Assembly (NCBI GenBank): GCA_964342765.1 | Contig: CAYFFS010000002.1 | Span: 39,125 to 63,124, forward strand | Length of the DNA: 24,000 nucleotides | Reading direction: 5' to 3' | Source: an uncultured Nitrososphaerales archaeon | GTDB lineage: Archaea; Thermoproteota; Nitrososphaeria; Conexivisphaerales; Conexivisphaeraceae | Part shown: piece after piece, positions 15,722-22,371 of the stretch | Numbering within the stretch: position 1 is the stretch's first letter | How the letters are laid out: every line of letters begins with the position of its first letter | Program-made: the position numbers and the translations under genes | The notes under the pieces: generated by a model | Databases searched by the model: none | Told to the model about the DNA's origin: nothing | The model's input: only the letters and a program-made list of their open reading frames with translations

Positions 15722-16909
15722 TGTATCCCCGGGGCCATAGGTCAGCGCCTCGATGCCGGCCATCTGGAAGTACCTTGTGTCAAGCCCGCCGGGGCAGACC
15801 GTGAGGCTGGGGCCGTTGCCCTTGACCGCCCTTATGGCTTCCGAGAGGGCAGTGGCCAGCCGCCCCCTCGGATCGACGACCGAGGGCGGGGAGCGCGAGA
15901 TGACGCGCATCTCAACCTCGTAGCCCTCCTCCCTTAGGGGGGCGGCCGCCTCCTCGAGCGCGGAGCGGAGCTCAGCCTCCGCGGACTCCAGGTCCTCCTC
16001 CGGTATGAGCCTCCTGTCTATCGTGAAGGAGTAGCGACCCGGCACGACGTTTACCTTCGCCCCTCCGTGGACCTCGCCCCCCAGGTTCACCGTGGGCCTT
16101 GCGCCGCGCGGGTCCTCGAAGGGGTACGAGCTGATGCGCCCCGATAGCCTCCTCGACAGCGCCCCCGAGAGCGCCGCGGCCAGCTTCGCCATGCCCTCGA
16201 ACGCGTTAAGCCCCAGCCAAGGCGTGGAGCCATGGGCCTGCCTCCCCCTTACCTCGACCTCCGCCCACAGGTTGCCCTTGTTCCCTATCCAGACGTTGCC
16301 CGAGCCGCTGGCCTCAGGCACTATCACGTAGTCCGGGGATACCAGGCCCGAATCCACGAGGTACTTGACGCCCGTCTCCCCTCCGGTCTCCTCGTCGGGC
16401 GTGAAGGACAGCTCGATCGACCCGAGCTCCTCCGCGCCTGCCCTGGAGGCAGCGTGCGCAGCCAGTATCGCCGTGGCCATTCCGCCCTTCATGTCGACCA
16501 CGCCTCTCCCGTAGACGATGTCCCCCTCCACCGTTAGCCTGAAGGGATCCCTGGACCAGCCGTCCCCCGGCGGGACCACGTCGTAGTGGGAGTTGAAGTG
16601 GAGGACGGGCCCCTTTGAGCCAAGGCGGGCCAGCACTATATACCTAGGATGATCGGCGTACGCCGGTATGTACTTCTCCAGGTAGCTCCTCGGCACCTCG
16701 ACCACCCTTACGTCATATCCCGAGTCCTCCATGATCTCCTGAAGGGCCTCCGCCATCTCGCCGTAGGACTCCCCAGGCGGGTTCACCGTTGGTATGGAGA
16801 CGAGCTTCCCCAGGACCTCGAGAAGCCTGTCCTTGCCCAGCACCTCTAGGTGATCTAGCAGCCTCTCCCTCAGCGCGGCCTCGTAGGCGCAGGACGGCAT
16901 TCCGTCCAC
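15617..16909 (-). CDS. M20-family metallopeptidase / deacylase (ArgE/DapE/carboxypeptidase type)
   Basis: LVSIPTVNPPGE, VLHFNSHYDVVP, GRGVVDMKGG, FTPDEETGG. The first GTG is at 16909 and the ATG at 16900 (MPSCAYEAAL) is an equally good start. Confidence 0.8.
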   Translation of the reverse strand: MDGMPSCAYEAALRERLLDHLEVLGKDRLLEVLGKLVSIPTVNPPGESYGEMAEALQEIMEDSGYDVRVVEVPRSYLEKYIPAYADHPRYIVLARLGSKGPVLHFNSHYDVVPPGDGWSRDPFRLTVEGDIVYGRGVVDMKGGMATAILAAHAASRAGAEELGSIELSFTPDEETGGETGVKYLVDSGLVSPDYVIVPEASGSGNVWIGNKGNLWAEVEVRGRQAHGSTPWLGLNAFEGMAKLAAALSGALSRRLSGRISSYPFEDPRGARPTVNLGGEVHGGAKVNVVPGRYSFTIDRRLIPEEDLESAEAELRSALEEAAAPLREEGYEVEMRVISRSPPSVVDPRGRLATALSEAIRAVKGNGPSLTVCPGGLDTRYFQMAGIEALTYGPGDTSYAHAADERNSISEMLDVAKAYALLIPSLFAPCA

Positions 16910-16969
16910 CCTGCCGCACCTTCTTGTATTACCTTTGCGGCCGCGGTTGCCTCAGGAAGGGACAGCGCG

Positions 16970-17075
16970 TGGCGCCGGGGGTGGGATTCGAACCCACACG
17001 GGCTTTCGCCCACAGGCTCTCCAGCCCCTCCATAGGATCTCGAGGCCTGCCCCTTAGCCGCTCGGGCACCCCGGC
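16970..17075 (-). tRNA. tRNA-Ser (anticodon CGA) with a 20-nt intron at 37/38 and an encoded CCA
   Basis: The reverse complement folds as acceptor GCCGGGG/CCCCGGC, anticodon stem CAGGC/GCCTG and loop CT-CGA-G[intron]A. It has a long variable arm (GGGC-GAAA-GCCC), a T arm GTGGG-TTCGAAT-CCCAC, discriminator G and CCA. The intron ATCCTATGGAGGGGCTGGAG is at 17019-17038 and the anticodon at 17040-17042. Confidence 0.9.
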
Positions 17076-17099
17076 TCTTGGCGTTCTTCTCGGAACTCG

Positions 17100-17107
17100 C
17101 TAAAACC
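17100..17107 (-). promoter_or_regulatory. tRNA-Ser promoter (BRE-like purine run plus TATA-like box)
   Basis: The minus strand reads GAAAAGGTTTTAGCG. The box is centred about 28 nt upstream of the mature tRNA 5' end at 17075. Confidence 0.5.
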
Positions 17108-17158
17108 TTTTCGCCGCATGCGGCGAGGGCCGCCAAGCGAGTCGAAATCGCATAACGC

Positions 17159-17165
17159 GTATATT
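17159..17165 (+). promoter_or_regulatory. TATA-like box of the MacB-type ABC module
   Basis: GTATATT is centred 25 nt upstream of the in-frame GTG 17187. Confidence 0.45.
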
Positions 17166-17186
17166 GAGGCGCCCGCGCGCCGCCAC

Positions 17187-17906
17187 GTGCAGGCTCCCTC
17201 CGAGGAGTTCGCGATATATCTGGAGGAGGTGACCAAGGTCTACAGGGGGGCGGTCCCCACGGTTGCCCTGAACAGGGTCACGCTCGGCGTGAGGCGCGGC
17301 GAGTTCGTGTCGATCGTGGGGCCCTCCGGATCCGGCAAGTCGACGCTCCTGCACGTGATGGGGACCTTGGACAGGCCCACGAGCGGCAGGGTCTACATAG
17401 CGGGGCGCGAGGTCAGCGGCCTGGGGGACGCGGAGCTATCGAGGATAAGGAACCGCTACATAGGGTTCGTCTTCCAGGCCTTCAACCTGATAAACCGCAT
17501 GAGCGTCCTGGAGAACGTCGAGCTGCCCCTCATCGCGAGGGGGATGCGCGCCCAGGAAAGGAGGAGGCGCGCGATGGAGGCGCTGAGGCTCCTGGGGGTG
17601 GACCATCTGTGGGCCAAGAGCCCCAGGTTCCTGAGCGGGGGCGAACAGCAGAGGGTCGCCATAGCGAGGGCCCTCGCCCAGGATCCGGAGTTCATACTCG
17701 CGGACGAGCCGACGGGGAACCTTGACTCCAAGAACGCGGAGGTGGTAATGCGCGCCCTCATGGACGTCAACAGGAGGGCCGGCAAGACGGTGATAATGGT
17801 GACCCACAACATGGAGCTCGCCAACATGACCGACAAGATTTACAGGATAAGGGACGGCAGGATAGAGGGCGTCGAGATCCCGAGGAAGGGGGCGGCTGGA
17901 GAATGA
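17187..17906 (+). CDS. ABC transporter ATP-binding protein, MacB/LolD/FtsE type
   Basis: Walker A GPSGSGKST, Q-loop FVFQAFNL, signature LSGGEQQRVAIARAL, Walker B ILADEPTGNLD. The track start ATG 17118 would put the TATATT box (17159-17165) inside the gene. The in-frame GTG at 17187 lies 25 nt downstream of that box and gives a typical N-terminus (..AIYLEEVTKVYRG). Confidence 0.85.
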   Translation: MQAPSEEFAIYLEEVTKVYRGAVPTVALNRVTLGVRRGEFVSIVGPSGSGKSTLLHVMGTLDRPTSGRVYIAGREVSGLGDAELSRIRNRYIGFVFQAFNLINRMSVLENVELPLIARGMRAQERRRRAMEALRLLGVDHLWAKSPRFLSGGEQQRVAIARALAQDPEFILADEPTGNLDSKNAEVVMRALMDVNRRAGKTVIMVTHNMELANMTDKIYRIRDGRIEGVEIPRKGAAGE

Positions 17907-19549
17907 GGCTTGGGCGCAACCTAGCCCTGGCGCTCGCCGCGGCCATCGTCCTGGCCGCGGCCATCCCGGCATCCGCTCAGGTCCTCACCACGGTGCCCCC
18001 CGTCACGATCTCCTACTACGGGTGGGGCACCCCCTCCTCGCCGATGTATCCGTCGTCCGGCGCGGGCCAGGTCCCCTTCACAGTGGAGGTGGTGACGGCC
18101 CCCACCGGAAGCGGAGCCCCTACGGTCGTGGACTACGCCACGCTTAACCTGACGGGCACGCCCCTGACAAACTCCACGGGGGGTTACATCGTGACCGCGG
18201 CGCCCACGCAGATGTCGTCCAACGTCTACCTGCTGACGTTCTACATACAGATACCGCCGGGCGCTCCCCCGGGCCCTTACAACGCGACCCTGAACGTATA
18301 CTACAGCCAGGCCACGACCACGACGTCCTCGAGCGGCGCCACGACAGTGGTGAACTACTACGTGTACTCGGATAACCTGACGGTGACCGTTTACCAGAGG
18401 CCCTCGGCGTCCGTCGAGGTCCGGGCGCCGGACATCTACGCCGGGGGGATCGGGCAGCTCGTCGTCCTCGTCAACGACACGGGCCCGTTCGCGCTGGACG
18501 ACCTCACCGTGTCCGTGCAGTCCGAGCTACCATTGGTCGGAGGCAACGCCAGCTCCCTGGGTGAGCTGGCTCCCGGATCCTCCGCGGCGTTCAGGTTCTA
18601 CCTGAGCGCGCCGCAGTCGCAGCCCCCCGGCTACTACCCTGTGCAGGTGATAGTAGGCTACTGGAGCGGAGGGGCACAGTACTCCTCCACGTACTACGCG
18701 CGCGTCGACGTCATGTCCCAGGTGGGATCCCTCTACGCCTACGCAGTGCCCTCCACGATACCATATCAGAGGAACGACAGCGTTACCATATACGTGGTGA
18801 ACGGGCTGAGCGGCGCCGTGGGCGACGTGGTCGCGTCCCTGGAGCCCTCGCAGGAGTTCTTCATAGCCCAGGGCTACAGGCAATTCGACCTGGGATCCCT
18901 GCCCCCTGGGTCCTCCTCCGCCATATCCCTGAACGTGATACCCCTGGCATCCTCGCCGGGGCCTTCGAACATCGAGCTCCAGGTGTCATACGTTGACCCT
19001 GAGGGGGTGCAGCGGCAGGCCGTGCTCACGGTCCCCATCTACCTGGAGGGGCTGGCGGACGTGTCCTTCAGCCAGGTCTCTGCCTCGCCGTCCCAGTATG
19101 CGAACTCCGCCGCTCAGCCTTCAGACGTCCTGTTCAACGGATCCATGGCAACCGTGTCCGGGATCCTGCTCAACACGGGCACCGACGAGGCCTACTATGG
19201 ATACGTGTACGTTAACGGCTCGATAGTGGGGAACGCCCAGCCCGAGTACGTCGGCAACCTGCCCACGAATTCGCCCACCCCCTTCAGCGTCTCCTTCTAC
19301 GTGCCGCCCGACGTGGCGCCCGGATTCTACACGGTGCATCTCGCGTTCTCGTACCAGGACGAGCTGGGCAACGCGCACGCCGTCTCCTATCAGCTCTTGG
19401 TCCAGGTCGTGCCGGCCCCGTCGGCCCAGCGCGCGGAGTACGGGCACGGATCCGCCGCGGCCTATGCCCTCACGGCTGTGGTAGTGGCGGTCGCGGTCGC
19501 GGTTTCCGTGGTCGCGGCGCGCCGCCGCAGGAGGGAGAGCCAGGCCTGA
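17903..19549 (+). CDS. Secreted, C-terminally membrane-anchored protein with four tandem beta-sandwich (CARDB / COG1361 S-layer-domain-like) repeats
   Basis: Signal peptide MRLGRNLALALAAAIVLAAAIPASA|Q. Four ~110-120 aa modules each end in a (P)PG-aromatic ... Y motif (PPGPYNATLNVYY, PPGYYPVQVIVGY, SPGPSNIELQVSY, APGFYTVHLAFSY). Nine N-x-S/T sequons. C-terminal TM helix ALTAVVVAVAVAVSVVAA followed by RRRRRESQA. The ATG overlaps the ATPase stop (ATGA). Confidence 0.8.
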   Translation: MRLGRNLALALAAAIVLAAAIPASAQVLTTVPPVTISYYGWGTPSSPMYPSSGAGQVPFTVEVVTAPTGSGAPTVVDYATLNLTGTPLTNSTGGYIVTAAPTQMSSNVYLLTFYIQIPPGAPPGPYNATLNVYYSQATTTTSSSGATTVVNYYVYSDNLTVTVYQRPSASVEVRAPDIYAGGIGQLVVLVNDTGPFALDDLTVSVQSELPLVGGNASSLGELAPGSSAAFRFYLSAPQSQPPGYYPVQVIVGYWSGGAQYSSTYYARVDVMSQVGSLYAYAVPSTIPYQRNDSVTIYVVNGLSGAVGDVVASLEPSQEFFIAQGYRQFDLGSLPPGSSSAISLNVIPLASSPGPSNIELQVSYVDPEGVQRQAVLTVPIYLEGLADVSFSQVSASPSQYANSAAQPSDVLFNGSMATVSGILLNTGTDEAYYGYVYVNGSIVGNAQPEYVGNLPTNSPTPFSVSFYVPPDVAPGFYTVHLAFSYQDELGNAHAVSYQLLVQVVPAPSAQRAEYGHGSAAAYALTAVVVAVAVAVSVVAARRRRRESQA

Positions 19550-20799
19550 ACGCGCTGGAGGCCCTCGCGTTCGCACTCAAGGCGCTCAGCGACAGGAGGA
19601 TAAGGTCCGCCCTCACGATAGTCGGCATAATGATAGGGCCGGCCGCGATAATAGGGATAACCTCGCTCACGGGCGGCTACAGCGCCTCCATACAATCCCA
19701 GCTGCTCAAGCTGGGCACGAACACAATACTTGTCACGCCCTCGAACGGCTATTCGCTCACGCAGCGCGACGTCCAGGTGATATCCTCCCTGCCTGAGGTG
19801 GCCGGGGCCTATCCGTTCTACGACGTGCCCGGCTACATAAACACCCCCGCTGGGAGGGAGGAGGTGAGCGTAATAGCGATAGACCTGCAGGGGCTCGTGA
19901 GGACCCTTCCGGGGCTCCAGCTGCAATCGGGATCCCTTCCCCCGCCCACGGAGGCGGCCGAGGCTGTGCTCGGCTACTACGTCGCGAACCCCCAGAACTC
20001 CCAGATGCCCAAGTACTCGGTCGGCAGCGTCGTCACAGTCAACGTCCTCGCGCCGCAGGGAGCCAGCACCAGGAGCTTCCTGGTCTCGGGCGTCTTCCAG
20101 GAGGTCGGCCCCACGTTCATAGCCGACCTCGACCAGTCGATATTCGTGCCGTTGGCCGCCGGGAGGGAGCTCACGGGCAGCCCTTACTACTCCGGGATCC
20201 TGGTCTACGTGTCGAGCTCCAGCGCGGTCAACGCCACGGAGACCAGGATAAAGGACATCTACGGCAACGACGTGAACGTCCTCTCCACCCAGATGGGCAT
20301 AAGCATAGCCAACACGATAATAGGCTACCTCAACATGCTCCTCGTTTCGGCGGCGGGCGTCTCGCTGCTAGTCGCGTTCGTCGGCGTGACCACCACCATG
20401 TACACGAGCGTCGTGGAGAGGACCAGGGAGATCGGGGTGCTGAAGGCCCTGGGCTTCACGAACAGGGACGTGATGTACCTGTTCCTCGCGGAGTCCGCGC
20501 TCATGGGGCTGCTCGGGGGCCTCGCCGGCCTGGCTCTCGGGGTCGGGGTCGCGTACGCGCTCACGGACCTGATGCCCTACATGCTGGGGGGCGGGGATCC
20601 GCGCGGGGCCGCCCCATCGGCGCACTCCGGCTCGGCGCCGGCCGCCGGGATTTCGCTGGGGCACGTGGCGCCGGCCTTCTCCCCCTTCGCGATGGCGCTC
20701 ACCCTAGCCCTCTCAGTCGCGATAGGGCTCGTGGCCGGCCTCGTGCCAGCGTACAGGGCCGCTAGGATGGATCCCGTGACAGCCCTCAGGTACGAGTGA
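19546..20799 (+). CDS. MacB/FtsX-type ABC transporter permease (apparent non-canonical CTG start)
   Basis: The track ORF starts at ATG 19630, in the middle of TM1. The frame is open upstream and encodes the family-typical N-terminus LNALEALAFALKALSDRRIRSALTIVGIMIGPAAIIG. A large extracytoplasmic domain follows, then an FtsX domain (REIGVLKALGFTNRDVMYLFLAESALMGLLGGLAG...LVPAYRAARMDPVTALRYE). There is no ATG/GTG/TTG in frame between the preceding in-frame stop (which lies upstream of 19297) and 19630. CTG 19546 overlaps the upstream TGA. Confidence 0.7.
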   Translation: MNALEALAFALKALSDRRIRSALTIVGIMIGPAAIIGITSLTGGYSASIQSQLLKLGTNTILVTPSNGYSLTQRDVQVISSLPEVAGAYPFYDVPGYINTPAGREEVSVIAIDLQGLVRTLPGLQLQSGSLPPPTEAAEAVLGYYVANPQNSQMPKYSVGSVVTVNVLAPQGASTRSFLVSGVFQEVGPTFIADLDQSIFVPLAAGRELTGSPYYSGILVYVSSSSAVNATETRIKDIYGNDVNVLSTQMGISIANTIIGYLNMLLVSAAGVSLLVAFVGVTTTMYTSVVERTREIGVLKALGFTNRDVMYLFLAESALMGLLGGLAGLALGVGVAYALTDLMPYMLGGGDPRGAAPSAHSGSAPAAGISLGHVAPAFSPFAMALTLALSVAIGLVAGLVPAYRAARMDPVTALRYE

Positions 20800-20854
20800 C
20801 GCCGTTCGGCTTCAACCGGTTCATCCGTTAGCGCGTGGTCGCCGTGTAAGGGAT

Positions 20855-20868
20855 AATTTCGAATTTCG
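20855..20868. repeat. Perfect tandem heptamer AATTTCG x2 upstream of the oxidoreductase promoter
   Basis: AATTTCG at 20855-20861 is immediately repeated at 20862-20868. The block contains a TTCGAA palindrome and ends about 19 nt upstream of the TATA-like box. Confidence 0.6.
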
Positions 20869-20886
20869 ACGCACCTTAGAAAACGG

Positions 20887-20894
20887 TTTTATAG
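20887..20894 (+). promoter_or_regulatory. TATA-like box of the oxidoreductase operon
   Basis: TTTTATAG is preceded by AAAACGG and centred about 33 nt upstream of GTG 20924. Confidence 0.45.
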
Positions 20895-20923
20895 AGAGGG
20901 GGTTCGACCGGGGACCGGAGGGG

Positions 20924-21205
20924 GTGGTCGGTTCGCCGGCCAAGTCCTACGAGATAGTCGTGATAGGGGACAGGTGTAAGGAGTGTTCTCTCTGCATAAA
21001 CGTGTGCCCGAAGGACGTCCTCGCCAGGGGGCAGAGGATGAACAGGAAGGGCTACAGGGCGACCGTCCCCGTCAAGCCAGAGGCCTGCGTGGGCTGCCGC
21101 GTCTGCGAGTGGGCGTGCCCCGACTTCGCGCTCTTCGTGAGGCCCTCCGAGAGGCCCGTGGGCCGCGTCGTGTGGGCTAACGAGGAGGAGGTGATAGCGC
21201 ATTGA
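20924..21205 (+). CDS. 2-oxoacid:ferredoxin oxidoreductase delta subunit (2x[4Fe-4S] ferredoxin-like)
   Basis: Two cluster motifs, CKECSLCINVCP and CVGCRVCEWACP, in a 93-aa protein directly upstream of the alpha subunit. Confidence 0.8.
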   Translation: MVGSPAKSYEIVVIGDRCKECSLCINVCPKDVLARGQRMNRKGYRATVPVKPEACVGCRVCEWACPDFALFVRPSERPVGRVVWANEEEVIAH

Positions 21206-22371
21206 GCTCCCAGAGGGCCGAGTTCCTCAACTCGAACCAGGCCGTGGCCGAGGGGGCGATGGCCGCCGGCCTGGGAGTGTACGTGGGCTACCCGATAACC
21301 CCGTCGAGCGACATGTTCGAGTACCTGTCCGAGGAGCTTCCGAAGAGGGGCGGCGTGGTCTTCCAGGCCGAGGACGAGATAGCCTCGATAAACGCGCTCG
21401 TTGGGGCCTCCCTTGCGGGCGCAAAGGCGATGACCGCGACGAGCGGCCCAGGGTTCAGCCTCATGATGGAGGGGATAGGCTTCGCTGCTATGGTGGAGGC
21501 CCCCCTGGTCGTGGTGGACGTGATGAGGGCGGGGCCCAGCACCGGAATAGCCACCCAGATAGGGCAGGGCGACATATACCAGGCCAGATGGGGCTCCCAC
21601 GGCGTCTACAACCTGGTCGCGTACGCCCCCGCCAGCGCCCAGGAGGCCTACGAGTACGCGATAAGGGCGTTCAACGCCGCCTACACCGTGAGGACTCCCG
21701 TGATACTCATGACCGATGCCATACTTGCGCACACAAGGGAGAGGGTGGTCCTAAGGGATCCGAACGAGATAGGCATCGTGGGGCGCAAGGTCCCGAAGGT
21801 CCCGCCGGATCAGTACAGGCCCTATCGCCCGGATCCTGAGGACCTGGTCCCGCCGATGGCGTTCTACGGCGAGGGCTACCATCCCATAGCTGAGAGCCTC
21901 TCGCACGATGAGAAGGGCTACTACAAGACCGACGACGAGACCTACCGCGCGCTCGTCTCCCGCCTCGTCAGGAAGGTCGAGGTGAACAAGGGGAAGCTGG
22001 TCGCCTCCAAGTCCTACCACGTCGAGGACGCTGAGATATTGTTCGTCGCCATAGGATCCCTCGCCAGGAACCTGCTGGCCGTCGTGAGGGACCTGAGGTC
22101 CCGCGGCGTGAAGGCCGGGATGTTCCGCCCGATATCGCTCTGGCCGTTCGACGATGAGGCGTTCGTCGCGGCGGCCGCCCGCGCCAAGAGCATAGTGACC
22201 GTGGAGCTCAACCAGGGCCAGCTCTATCAGATAATAAAGGGGATACTGTGGGACAACAGAAAGAGAATAGGGGATCCGGCGATCTACAACCTTGATATAC
22301 CGGTGCCGACGCTCCCGACGCCGGACGAGATATTGGGCGAGATAGAGTCGAGGGGGTGGAAGCTATGGTGA
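21202..22371 (+). CDS. 2-oxoacid:ferredoxin oxidoreductase alpha subunit
   Basis: LNSNQAVAEGAMAAGLGVYVGYPITPSSD..., SINALVGASLAGAKAMTATSGPGFSLM. The TTG start overlaps the delta TGA (TTGA), with GGAGGAGGTGA ending 7 nt upstream. Confidence 0.85.
   Translation: MSSQRAEFLNSNQAVAEGAMAAGLGVYVGYPITPSSDMFEYLSEELPKRGGVVFQAEDEIASINALVGASLAGAKAMTATSGPGFSLMMEGIGFAAMVEAPLVVVDVMRAGPSTGIATQIGQGDIYQARWGSHGVYNLVAYAPASAQEAYEYAIRAFNAAYTVRTPVILMTDAILAHTRERVVLRDPNEIGIVGRKVPKVPPDQYRPYRPDPEDLVPPMAFYGEGYHPIAESLSHDEKGYYKTDDETYRALVSRLVRKVEVNKGKLVASKSYHVEDAEILFVAIGSLARNLLAVVRDLRSRGVKAGMFRPISLWPFDDEAFVAAAARAKSIVTVELNQGQLYQIIKGILWDNRKRIGDPAIYNLDIPVPTLPTPDEILGEIESRGWKLW

Noticed and set aside
19541-19552. Programmed -1 frameshift fusing the anchored repeat protein to the FtsX permease
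   Set aside because: The topology would work, but there is no X-XXY-YYZ slippery heptamer or obvious downstream structure. An SD-like GGAGGGAG at the canonical distance favours independent (re)initiation. It is kept only as an alternative inside the start-codon finding.
21052-21732. 226-aa minus-strand ORF; similar long antisense ORFs occur at 22569-23309, 17436-17972, 14732-15325, 18527-18883 and 19462-19926
   Set aside because: All are antisense to genes with strong family motifs, have skewed Arg/Pro/Gly/His composition and lack start-site context. They are GC-driven open frames.
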